Origin: a virus | Taxonomy: Duplodnaviria; Heunggongvirae; Uroviricota; Caudoviricetes | DNA: 30,902 nucleotides | Direction: 5' to 3' (one strand) | Virus record (IMG/VR): IMGVR_UViG_3300048588_000114 | Span: 79,309-110,210 of that record | Shown here: positions 9,298 through 18,401 of the stretch, one piece after another | Layout: the number at the start of each line of letters is the position of its first letter | How positions within the stretch are numbered: the stretch's first letter is position 1 | Notes under the pieces: generated by a model | Told to the model about the DNA's origin: nothing | The model's input: the letters and a program-made list of their open reading frames with translations, nothing else | Databases searched by the model: none | Made by a program: the position numbers and the translations under genes

Positions 9298-9328
9298 AAT
9301 CCCACATAACAGTGGGATTTTTCTTTTT
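9298..9328 (+). terminator. Intrinsic terminator after the tail tube
   Basis: Perfect 8-bp stem AATCCCAC (9298-9305) / GTGGGATT (9312-9319), 6-nt loop, followed by a T-rich run (TTTCTTTTT). Confidence 0.8.
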
Positions 9329-9361
9329 ATCATGGTTAATACTACTAAAAATCAAAACAAA

Positions 9362-9781
9362 ATGGGAGAATTAGTGAAAACAATGGAAGTAAAGGTGAAG
9401 GATAAGAAATACATCATTCCTTTCCCTAAGGTGCGTCATCAGCTTGAAATACAAAGTAGGAGACACCTATTGGCTGGCGGTACTTATGGTCAACAGGAGC
9501 GTTCTGGCTCTGTAGAAGCAGAATTCAATCTAAATCTTGTAGATGCGTTGGCGCACATCACAGTACTCTGTCCTGAGATACTAAGAGATTTAATGGGGAC
9601 AAAGGCGGGGGAAACGCCTGACCCATATGATATGGACTTAGCTGATTCTAAATGGGTGGTGATGGCCTATGATCAATTTGCTGAGTGGTATCTTGAAATT
9701 AAAGAAGAGGTAAATAGCGAAATGATTAAAGCCCGGAAGGAAAGAGATGCCGCTAAAGCCAATACAACGGCCAAATCTTAG
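9362..9781 (+). CDS. Tail assembly chaperone 1 (start reassigned from 9287 to 9362; 9332 is the alternative)
   Basis: Position between tube and tape measure. The ORF-track start 9287 runs through the terminator hairpin, whereas ATG 9362 has an A-rich leader (aatcaaaacaaaATG). Confidence 0.6.
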   Translation: MGELVKTMEVKVKDKKYIIPFPKVRHQLEIQSRRHLLAGGTYGQQERSGSVEAEFNLNLVDALAHITVLCPEILRDLMGTKAGETPDPYDMDLADSKWVVMAYDQFAEWYLEIKEEVNSEMIKARKERDAAKANTTAKS

Positions 9782-9816
9782 GCAATCGTTTCTCTCAAGC
9801 AGAATAAAATGGTGAA

Positions 9817-10176
9817 TTGGGCTATCTTAACGACATAAGGAACTTCATAATCGAATGGGATGTGAAGCATCCTGTAGATCATTGGTGGCGAACTAAATAC
9901 GGAATTCCGTTTGGTTCGCCATCTCATTTAGATATGGACATGATTGACATGAGAATTGACTTTGAAGAAGAAGAAATGCTTAGGAGAGTTAGTGAAGAGA
10001 GAGAGCGCAGAGACGAAGCAGCCGAGAATGAAGCACTGGGGCTCAATCACCTCACAGGTTCAGGTAAAGAGATTGTACATATGTCTAAAGACGAGATTGA
10101 AGAAGACTACGAAAATTTAGACTTGTCGCAGTTTACTGATGATAAAACTCTAAAAGAATCTAACAAAGATGGCTAA
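9817..10176 (+). CDS. Tail assembly chaperone 2 / pre-tape-measure protein (TTG start)
   Basis: 119 aa with W-rich HPVDHWWRTKYGIPF and an acidic C-terminus. Overlaps the tape measure start by 8 nt. An in-frame TAA at 9805 limits any upstream extension. Confidence 0.6.
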   Translation: MGYLNDIRNFIIEWDVKHPVDHWWRTKYGIPFGSPSHLDMDMIDMRIDFEEEEMLRRVSEERERRDEAAENEALGLNHLTGSGKEIVHMSKDEIEEDYENLDLSQFTDDKTLKESNKDG

Positions 10177-12292
10177 CGAAAGAAGAATTAGAATAACTCT
10201 TGAGGATGACGCCTCACCCAGAGTAGGCCGGATGGCTCAAAATACTGAGCAAGCCTTGGAAAGGGTAGCTGATGCCTATGAAGGGATTGATGAGGTTCTT
10301 GATGGTCTCATTGAGGATTCTGAGAAATATAGCGATACAATTCGTGAGCGTATTCGCTGGGTAGAGAAAGAAGTCTCTCTTCAGCAACGCAATGCCCGTA
10401 TCGACAATCAAGAGCGCAAAGGCAAACTTGATTATGAGCGGCGCATAGGAATGGAGAAGGGTCAGTGGAGCAAGAAAGATGAAGAAATGTACCGCCGTAA
10501 GAAAGGGTGGCTTGATCAAGAACGTAGAGATGAATCTCTCTATTATGAGAAAATGCGCTCTAGATTGCAAGAGAAAGGCGGTGGAATGGGTGGAGGAAGA
10601 AATGGCGGTAGAGGGGGCAGAGGAGGAAATGGTGGCTTAGGTGACCGCTTCTCTCAGTATTTGCACGATGCGGGTAGAATGGATAGGGGGCTTCCACCTT
10701 CAGATGGAGGCGATGATGATGGAAGTGGAGGCAGTGGCTCAGGCGGTGGTCGTAGGGGAATAGGAGCAAGAATAGCTGGTGGCTTCAGGGCTGCTGGTAA
10801 CGGCGCATTAGCTGCAGCTGGCTTTGGAGCAGTTCTCTCTATCGCTGGTTTTGTCGGTAAAATGATTGATGAAGCTAAGCAACTTGATCAGAATAGAAAG
10901 AAACTAAGTGGTATGACTGGCTCATCCGGTATGGGTGGAGCAGCCTATGGATTAAAAGAGGCAGAGGTAATGGAATACACTCGCAATGTCTCGATGCTAA
11001 GGGGGAAGTCATCCATGAAAGAAGCCCGTGCCCAATTAGGGATGGAGAAGGGGTTTGGAATGGATATTGGCTCAACTAACCAGTTTAACAAGGTGATGAG
11101 ACTTGATGAGCATAGCACTTTAACAGATGCTACGGTTGATATGCTCAATATCATGAAGAAGTCTGACTTATACAACATTAAGCGCAATGACTTCTCTCAA
11201 CTCCATGAATTAATGGAGCGTCAGAATAATCTTAATGAGCTTCAGGCTTCTCAAGAAGAAGAAGTGAGTGCTCGTGAGAGTTCTTTACTAATGTCTGCCT
11301 TTGGTAAGGTAGGTGGTAGTTTCGGAGATTTTAGGCAAACCGATACAATCGGAAAGATGAATAATGCTATCGTCAATCCGGGCAATGATTTTAAGCAAGC
11401 ATTTCTTTACAGGACATTGCATCAGCAGAATCCGGGAGGAACTTTCTTGGATCTAAAGATGAAACAGGAAGAAGGCATCTTCGGCAAAGGGACATTAGGT
11501 GGGGTAATGGATAATCTCTCCAAGACCTTCTCAGGTGATCAATTAACCTTTAGTATGTCCAAGATGTTGGGGTTAAACCTCCATCAATCTAAGAAACTTC
11601 AAGGGTATTATGCTCAAAACCCTGATGCTTTCAAAGATTTATCATTCTCCAGTGATTCAGATTTTAAGGATTTCATAGAGAATGGGCAGACAAAGAAGGA
11701 AAAATCTTCTAACTGGTCTAGGAAAAAGATGGCTGGCCGGGGCGCAGCACATACAGGCGCTATCGAGGGCTGGTCATCAGAATTCGATACTTGGATGGGA
11801 CGTCAGGGTGATAAAGCTGTTCAATATGTTAAAGAGCTACAAGGAGCCTATCAGAAAGATGGTTTTAGCGGTGTGATGTCTAAGATTGGTGGCGATATAG
11901 TAGATGCAATAAAGAAAGGTTTCAGTGAAGTCTATAATACTTTGACTGGGAAAGACGCAAATAGTGTCGCAGCCAATAGTCTTTATGGAAATAAAGAAGT
12001 TCAAGAAGATGTAACAAAGGCTCTATCTAAGATGTCGGAAGAAGATTTCGCCAAATATGAAGAAGCTATCTTGAGCAATGGCGGTATGACTAAAAAAGGT
12101 GGCAAAGTCATAGATGTTGGCAGTCCAGAGGAGCATGAGAAGTATGTTAGTGCTGTGAGAACTATTCTCAAGACATATATGAGCGAAAAATACAAGGATA
12201 TTGATGATGAGGGCAAAGTGATAAAAGTCCATGTAGTTAATCAGCCTAATAAAACGCCTAAAAATACTACACATAAACAAGGGGATAACTAA
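10169..12292 (+). CDS. Tape measure protein
   Basis: 707 aa, largely helical (Ala/Gly/Met/Lys-rich), between the chaperones and the hub. Charged coiled-coil N-terminus and a Gly/RGG-rich insert. Confidence 0.8.
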   Translation: MANERRIRITLEDDASPRVGRMAQNTEQALERVADAYEGIDEVLDGLIEDSEKYSDTIRERIRWVEKEVSLQQRNARIDNQERKGKLDYERRIGMEKGQWSKKDEEMYRRKKGWLDQERRDESLYYEKMRSRLQEKGGGMGGGRNGGRGGRGGNGGLGDRFSQYLHDAGRMDRGLPPSDGGDDDGSGGSGSGGGRRGIGARIAGGFRAAGNGALAAAGFGAVLSIAGFVGKMIDEAKQLDQNRKKLSGMTGSSGMGGAAYGLKEAEVMEYTRNVSMLRGKSSMKEARAQLGMEKGFGMDIGSTNQFNKVMRLDEHSTLTDATVDMLNIMKKSDLYNIKRNDFSQLHELMERQNNLNELQASQEEEVSARESSLLMSAFGKVGGSFGDFRQTDTIGKMNNAIVNPGNDFKQAFLYRTLHQQNPGGTFLDLKMKQEEGIFGKGTLGGVMDNLSKTFSGDQLTFSMSKMLGLNLHQSKKLQGYYAQNPDAFKDLSFSSDSDFKDFIENGQTKKEKSSNWSRKKMAGRGAAHTGAIEGWSSEFDTWMGRQGDKAVQYVKELQGAYQKDGFSGVMSKIGGDIVDAIKKGFSEVYNTLTGKDANSVAANSLYGNKEVQEDVTKALSKMSEEDFAKYEEAILSNGGMTKKGGKVIDVGSPEEHEKYVSAVRTILKTYMSEKYKDIDDEGKVIKVHVVNQPNKTPKNTTHKQGDN

Positions 12293-14490
12293 TGGAAAAC
12301 TTTGTAGAGATAGTACACAATGGAAATCCGATTTCCTTACAGGAGTTTGCTGATTTGAATTTAATAGTGTTTGATCAAAATTTCACTATTGGTTCACTAT
12401 TCACCTATGAGGGAAATGATAAGCGCATCTTCAATGCCTATAATGCTAGTGAAAAAGCTCAATATTCTAATCAGCCGTCTAAATTCCTAATAACCGCTGG
12501 CACTTTGATGAGAATTCCTGTAGAGAATGTGAATAAGGAGGTGATAGCCGTTGAATCTACAGTTGTTGTGGCTAATGAGAATTATAGGGTGTTTTTGTCT
12601 GATAAAATCAAGGAAATTATTTCTGACCCTAAATATAAGCCACTAAATTTAGATAGTGTGGATAGCCGTATGAATAAAACATATAGAGTTCATACTAACT
12701 TTACTGTTTGGGTTTGGGCAAAGGCTTTGGGAGAAGAAGTTGGTGAAGGTAAAATTATAGACATTACACCATTTGTCCAGTTCGTTACTACTTCAAATGG
12801 TGATAGTGGTGGTAATTTTCAACTATCTATAGCTCCGGTATTAGGAGAATTTGTAGAAGAAGAAACTAAAATCAAAGAAGAACGTGAGCTATTAGGTGAT
12901 GCTGGCTTCTCAGAGACAATAAAAGAAGGTAAATGGGTCATTAATCGTGGTTCGGCTACAGAATACGCCTACAATGGCGTTAGAAACATCATTGTTAGGG
13001 ATTCAAATTTTAAGTTGAGAAAAGACGGTATATCTAAGAACTCTGCGCTTTTTCACAACCTTCTTCAGTCAAATGATGTTGTGTTCATACAATTCGAGCA
13101 ATTAGAGATTGAAGGAGACAATCGAAACAGGCATTTAGCTGAATTAAGCATTGAAAATCTACTTATAGGCAACGAGAAACTGCCTGGCAGGTATTTCGAC
13201 ATGATAGGGCTAATAGACACGAATACGATAGCTGATAACACTGCTACGGCAGATATTAATATCAATATCACCGGGCGGGATTTGATGAAACTCCTCATTG
13301 AGGATGGTGAATATTTCTTTACTGCTGATTTTGCAGGTACTTCAGGGGGCATTACAGTTGATACTACTGGAGGGGGACTACAGAGTGGGAATAATGATGC
13401 GAATAAACCCATTACCCGCCTAATTGATGGAAATTTGAATTTCTTTAATGCTTATGTAGATAGGACTATTGAGTATTCGTTGAAATTTATCCTAAATATG
13501 CTATCGAATATTCAAATCTGCGATGATAAGCTATTTAAATACTATGAAGATAAGGTTAAGCGCTATGCCTACTCCATGGTATTAGATAAACCATCTTCTT
13601 TGGAGAAGACCGATGTAGCGGGGATATGGCAAATCTATAATTTGATAATTGATTCAGAACTATCTGATAGGAGACTTGTTGATTCCTCCATCGTATCAGA
13701 TCAAGGAAGTCTAATAAATTTCATACAAGGTAAAGTTGTGCATAAGCCTTTTGCTGAATTCTTTGGGGATGTGTATGGGGACAAATATTATGCCATTGCC
13801 AGAAAGCCACCATTCTCTAAAGAATCTTATCTTGATAATAAAAAATATGCCATAGACATTGACCCTAGCCTAATAACTCACGAAAGTTTAAGTTTTGACG
13901 ATAGTGAGGTTTATAGTTGGTATAGACTTATACCTAAGGGGAATTTCTTTGGCGATGATTCAAGTGTAGCGATTGCCTATTTTCCAGCTAAATTTTTTGA
14001 AGAATATGCTAAAATATGGGGTTCGAGGCCGTTGATACAAGTATCAAATTACATTGACTACCAAGGAATAAAGGATTCAAATGGCACAATTAAGCTAGAT
14101 TATCTAATAAAGCAAGCTATTCAAGATTTAGCTTTTTTAATAGAGACTAATGCCTATAGGCCATTTACACGCAAAGGCACTATAACTCTAGCAATGGGTG
14201 ATAGAAGGATTAAGAAAGGCCAATGCATTAGACATCTAGGAACTGGTGAAGTCTTTCATGTAGATGCAGTGTCTCAATCTGCCTCTGTAAATCCTCAGCA
14301 AGTAGATAGATCAACTGTTGTACAAGTATCGAGAGGGATGATAGAGAAGAATATGGATGGAACAAATATGAATTATTTTAATATTATTGATCTTGATAGA
14401 GATAGCAATGGAAAGAGCAAGAGTTCAAATTTTAAAGTGAATAAGGAAGTGTTCCAGTATTTCATTAAAAGACAACAATTTAAGAAATGA
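12292..14490 (+). CDS. Baseplate hub protein (gp27-like position)
   Basis: 732 aa, TAATG-coupled to the tape measure. The C-terminal GTITLAMGDRRIKKGQ...FHVDAVSQS...TVVQVSRG is typical of hub proteins. Confidence 0.7.
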   Translation: MENFVEIVHNGNPISLQEFADLNLIVFDQNFTIGSLFTYEGNDKRIFNAYNASEKAQYSNQPSKFLITAGTLMRIPVENVNKEVIAVESTVVVANENYRVFLSDKIKEIISDPKYKPLNLDSVDSRMNKTYRVHTNFTVWVWAKALGEEVGEGKIIDITPFVQFVTTSNGDSGGNFQLSIAPVLGEFVEEETKIKEERELLGDAGFSETIKEGKWVINRGSATEYAYNGVRNIIVRDSNFKLRKDGISKNSALFHNLLQSNDVVFIQFEQLEIEGDNRNRHLAELSIENLLIGNEKLPGRYFDMIGLIDTNTIADNTATADININITGRDLMKLLIEDGEYFFTADFAGTSGGITVDTTGGGLQSGNNDANKPITRLIDGNLNFFNAYVDRTIEYSLKFILNMLSNIQICDDKLFKYYEDKVKRYAYSMVLDKPSSLEKTDVAGIWQIYNLIIDSELSDRRLVDSSIVSDQGSLINFIQGKVVHKPFAEFFGDVYGDKYYAIARKPPFSKESYLDNKKYAIDIDPSLITHESLSFDDSEVYSWYRLIPKGNFFGDDSSVAIAYFPAKFFEEYAKIWGSRPLIQVSNYIDYQGIKDSNGTIKLDYLIKQAIQDLAFLIETNAYRPFTRKGTITLAMGDRRIKKGQCIRHLGTGEVFHVDAVSQSASVNPQQVDRSTVVQVSRGMIEKNMDGTNMNYFNIIDLDRDSNGKSKSSNFKVNKEVFQYFIKRQQFKK

Positions 14491-15488
14491 ACGACGCTAA
14501 TACTATAGGAACCAACGGTGTTGGAAGTTTATTCGCTACAGGGACAGCATATGTAGCTATACCAGCTGACTTAGATCGTGCTTTATTCATAAAGAGGTGC
14601 TACTCTACTCAGACATTATTCATAAGAGGGGAAGCCGGGGAGACATTTAAGAATGTTTTCTGTCCTAAATCTATAATTCAAGACATTGTATTTCCGGCTA
14701 CCGCTGATAAAAGAGGAAGCATGGTGGCTTGGGTGAAGCAGCCTAAGCACAACTCGCCAGTTGTAGTAGCTGCTTTTGATCTGAAGAATGGATTAGGCGC
14801 TGTTTATAAGGAACGTCAGATCAAACTACAGAAAACTTCTACAAGCGGAAATTTAGTAGATTTTGATGCTCAGGCAGATGAAGCAACGATGGATATCACC
14901 GTCACATCTGCTGAGGAAGGCAAAGGAAAATTCAGATTAAAAGTTGTTAACCCGGATGTAACAGCAGCAATGGAGGTGTATGTGAGTGGAGAAGTAGATA
15001 TATTGGCTGATTCAAAGGTATCTTTGCGCACAACTGGTGAAATATTAGTGGAATTACTCAAGGCTAATGGGGATTTGTTAGCCAATTTCAGTTATAAGGC
15101 TGGTGTAGGGTTTGCTCTAAAGGATGAGTTTGATAATGAGATAAAGACAACAGATCAGCAAATATATCTAAAAGAAGGAAGCGTTGGTGGTTTGGAATTA
15201 GAATTAACCAATACTATTCTTAATTTAGGTAAGATAGGTGGAAGTGGAACAGAGCCAGTGTTAAAGGGTGATAAATCTGTAGATGTTCTAAATGATATAA
15301 AAGGAATGCTACAGGATATTGCTACAAATCTAGCAACTATAGCTACTGCAGATACTGCAACGGCTTCTGGTTTAGGATTGTCTTATGGAGGCACATTCGC
15401 TACTTTGGCGACTAATTTAGGAATATCAATAGCTACATTGACAGCGCATATAGCATTAGTAAAATCAACAAAAGTTAAAACATTATGA
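14487..15488 (+). CDS. Baseplate central spike (gpV/gp5-like)
   Basis: N-terminal OB-fold-like P....RGSMVAWV segment, then short beta-strand repeats. The C-terminus (EPVLKGDK...IALVKSTKVKTL) resembles phage spikes. Follows the hub. Confidence 0.65.
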   Translation: MNDANTIGTNGVGSLFATGTAYVAIPADLDRALFIKRCYSTQTLFIRGEAGETFKNVFCPKSIIQDIVFPATADKRGSMVAWVKQPKHNSPVVVAAFDLKNGLGAVYKERQIKLQKTSTSGNLVDFDAQADEATMDITVTSAEEGKGKFRLKVVNPDVTAAMEVYVSGEVDILADSKVSLRTTGEILVELLKANGDLLANFSYKAGVGFALKDEFDNEIKTTDQQIYLKEGSVGGLELELTNTILNLGKIGGSGTEPVLKGDKSVDVLNDIKGMLQDIATNLATIATADTATASGLGLSYGGTFATLATNLGISIATLTAHIALVKSTKVKTL

Positions 15489-16249
15489 GTGGCTCAGTAA
15501 TAGTAGAAACAGTTAAGCAAAGGGCAGTTAATCTTATGGCTGCGGCTGGTAGAGCTACGCTTCATTCTCTATATCCGAATGATTTTGAATATTATGCTTG
15601 TTGCTTAGAAGTTACTAATTCAAAGGATGAAATTATAGATACATTCACTTTTCCAGTGATGCCTTCTTCAATTAACATTAATCAGAATCCACTTAATACT
15701 ATAAAAAAGACCAATACTGGCGTTGTATCTCTATTTAATCCTAGCTTCGTGCCGTTCAATATAACTATAAGCGGTAATTTTGGTAGAAAACTTAGGCTCA
15801 TAACTCAAAGTGGTATTGTTCCACTTAATGCTCTTCGCAAGAATGTCACTAAACAAGAGCCGTTAGATGGGTATGAAGGGAAGGAATTTGATTTACAAAT
15901 CAAGACAGGGTATGGGCTTTGTAAGATACTAAGTAAGATATGTGATAGAGCATATACCTTAGATTCCACTGGGAATCCATATAGGATTTATTTTTACAAT
16001 TTAGCCTTCAATCAGGCACATATGGTGGAGTTTCCTACAATTACTTTTACTCAAGATCAAGGGACAAATATGATTTGGAATTATAGCCTTAGTATGAAAG
16101 CTATCGCTCCAGCATATGCTACTCGTAAAACAGAGAAATCATCTATTATTAATACACTATCAAGTTCTGTAATCAATCAGGGGCTGGATGCGCTTATGGG
16201 CGACATCCAAGGAGTGATTGATTCACGCTTGAGCAATTTCAGCAGATAG
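15485..16249 (+). CDS. Tail tube initiator / baseplate protein
   Basis: FTFPVMPSSI, ITISGNFG, IKTGY, FYNL and WNYSLSMKAI parallel the K-like tube initiator. Synteny agrees. Confidence 0.65.
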   Translation: MSGSVIVETVKQRAVNLMAAAGRATLHSLYPNDFEYYACCLEVTNSKDEIIDTFTFPVMPSSININQNPLNTIKKTNTGVVSLFNPSFVPFNITISGNFGRKLRLITQSGIVPLNALRKNVTKQEPLDGYEGKEFDLQIKTGYGLCKILSKICDRAYTLDSTGNPYRIYFYNLAFNQAHMVEFPTITFTQDQGTNMIWNYSLSMKAIAPAYATRKTEKSSIINTLSSSVINQGLDALMGDIQGVIDSRLSNFSR

Positions 16250-16252
16250 AAT

Positions 16253-17191
16253 ATGGCTAAATTTTCGGAAATAGACCTTGATGATTTTGGCTTCCGTATA
16301 GGATTTAAGAATGGGGCATTGCTCAAATACTTAGATTCTTACTATAACTATTATAGAAATGAGTACCCATTGATTGTGCGCTTCTTCTTAGGAGAACTAA
16401 ATAAAATCAATGCTCAATTATTTCTTAACTTAGATAATCTAATAAAAACTGCTGAATCAGTCAGTAACGCTATTAATTCCTTTGATTATGCGCTATATTA
16501 CCTAAAGGATTGGGAAATTGTAGACTATTTAGAGGAATTGAAATGCGAACTCTACAGATTAACTAAAACCTCTAAGTTTCTTCGTTCTTCAAAAACAAAT
16601 GATAGTTTTAGTGGAACAATAGAGTTCACCTATCCTCTTGATCAAGGAAAGACAATAGAGGATGTGGCTAGCGAGGCGTTGGGGTCAAAATCATACGATG
16701 ACGATTTCATTGATATAGCAGCACGTAATGACCTTTCAGAAGTTGACTACGACTTGGATGGAGGAAAGAATTTGGTGCTGGAGGTTAGCTTAAATTCAGT
16801 AAATTCAGAAATAACTTCGGTGGTAGATAACATTACCGGAGAACGTGTGTATGGATTAGACTTGGATAAGAAGCTGACTTTGGTTAATGATGATCTAAAG
16901 GTTCTAGGATATAAAGACACAATCTTTCAAGCTGTAGTGATATTAGCTAATCTAATGAAAGGCGATCATCCAGAATTTAAAAGTTTCGGAAGATCTAATA
17001 GTGTAGGGCTTTCATATAATTTAGCCACAGCACCTACGGTATTTAGGGAAATTACAAAAGTATTTTCTAGCGATGATACACTCACTAATTTTACTATAGA
17101 GGACATCAAAATTTCTGATGGTTCAACTCAGTTAAGATTTAGTGTTGGCACCCGTTTAGAATTAATCATTAAACAAAACATTAACATATGA
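16253..17191 (+). CDS. Baseplate wedge protein: LysM-like domain plus C-terminal gp25/gpW-like sheath-initiator domain
   Basis: GKTIEDVASEALG...IDIAARNDL (LysM-like), then YGLDL...DDL...KGDHPEFKSFG...SDD (gp25-like). This is the same fusion I recall for K-like phages. Confidence 0.7.
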   Translation: MAKFSEIDLDDFGFRIGFKNGALLKYLDSYYNYYRNEYPLIVRFFLGELNKINAQLFLNLDNLIKTAESVSNAINSFDYALYYLKDWEIVDYLEELKCELYRLTKTSKFLRSSKTNDSFSGTIEFTYPLDQGKTIEDVASEALGSKSYDDDFIDIAARNDLSEVDYDLDGGKNLVLEVSLNSVNSEITSVVDNITGERVYGLDLDKKLTLVNDDLKVLGYKDTIFQAVVILANLMKGDHPEFKSFGRSNSVGLSYNLATAPTVFREITKVFSSDDTLTNFTIEDIKISDGSTQLRFSVGTRLELIIKQNINI

Positions 17192-18399
17192 GTTTACTAA
17201 TCAGGCCGCTCAGTATAGACAGGCTAAAAGATATATGGGTTAAAGTTTTCCTTAGTAGAACAGATAAGGTTACGAAGGTTAGTGATGGCTCTGTTCTTAG
17301 CGCAGTGGCGTTTGCTGATTCTAAAATTGGGCAAAAGGCTTTAAAAGACATTGCGTTGGCGCAATCACGTTTTTACCCTTTCACCACATATGGCTCTTAC
17401 TTAGATGATACAGCAGCAATGTTTGGTATCGCACCCCGCTTTGGCGCACTGGGTAGCTCAACGTACATAAGAGTTGTTGGGACTGCTGGGACAACCTATA
17501 CAGCAGGCGTTCATACATTTAAATCTTCTTCTGGGATAGTATTTGATGTAGATCAGACGGTTGTGATAGGCGTTGAGGGATTTGCACATGTGCCAGTATC
17601 TTCACAATCTACAGGCTCTAACACAAGCATTGAGCCAGGCCTCATAACTACTGTAACCCCAGTTCCCGTAGGGCATCAATACGCAGTCAACGAATATGCT
17701 GCTTTAAATGGACGAGATGTTGAGAGTGATGATCAATTTAGGGATAGGATAACTTCAGGCATTAATTTACTAGGCCGTCCTACGCTTGAATATTTAAGGC
17801 AGGTTATGTTGAAATTCAATCCTAATATTCTTAGGGTGTTCAACTATGGAATGACTGCTAATGGTAAGATAAAATTAGGCGTGGCAACGCAAGACGGAAG
17901 TTCATTATCTTCGCCTGAGTTGGCTAACCTATTATCAGACATAACGCCGTGGCTTTCTCTTTCAGAACTAAACCCGGATGGCCTAACAGGAACAATAAAT
18001 GTTGATTTAGTGAATATATCCTATCAAGCAGTTGATTTGAGTTTCCGTTGTGAATTTGATTTAGCATATGACCCTAATAAAATTAGGGTGAATGCTCAGA
18101 TTAGAGTTAATAAATACATTGATTACAGGACTTGGGTTAGCGGCGCAACAGTACAATGGGATGATTTACTACAAATAGTAAAAGCCACCGAAGGGATTCG
18201 CTTTGTACCAGACCAATACTTTGTACCCGGAACTGATGTAGCTACTGAATATGGCAAGCTACCACGCATCCGAGGGTTTTTAATGCTGGATATGGATGGC
18301 AATACCATCTCCGGAACTTCAGGAGGCAATCTGAATCCCATATTTTATCCATCTCCAGCTGACTTTAGCTTCCAAGCCAGCGTTTTAGCTAATTTATAA
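17188..18399 (+). CDS. Baseplate J-like wedge protein
   Basis: GSYLDDTAAMFGIAPR, GRDVESDDQFRDRI, and V..S.STGSNTSIEPG.IT are classic baseplate J motifs. Confidence 0.9.
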   Translation: MSLLIRPLSIDRLKDIWVKVFLSRTDKVTKVSDGSVLSAVAFADSKIGQKALKDIALAQSRFYPFTTYGSYLDDTAAMFGIAPRFGALGSSTYIRVVGTAGTTYTAGVHTFKSSSGIVFDVDQTVVIGVEGFAHVPVSSQSTGSNTSIEPGLITTVTPVPVGHQYAVNEYAALNGRDVESDDQFRDRITSGINLLGRPTLEYLRQVMLKFNPNILRVFNYGMTANGKIKLGVATQDGSSLSSPELANLLSDITPWLSLSELNPDGLTGTINVDLVNISYQAVDLSFRCEFDLAYDPNKIRVNAQIRVNKYIDYRTWVSGATVQWDDLLQIVKATEGIRFVPDQYFVPGTDVATEYGKLPRIRGFLMLDMDGNTISGTSGGNLNPIFYPSPADFSFQASVLANL

Positions 18400-18401
18400 T
18401 C

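Noticed and set aside
9287-9361. ORF-track N-terminal extension MFRRIPHNSGIFLFI of chaperone 1
   Set aside because: It is the translated terminator hairpin and T-tract. A downstream ATG has the typical A-rich leader.
9700-9820. Programmed G/GT-type frameshift between the two tail chaperones
   Set aside because: The downstream frame is closed by TAA at 9805, after the first gene's stop at 9781, so a simple shift cannot fuse them. No XXXYYYZ slippery site was seen.
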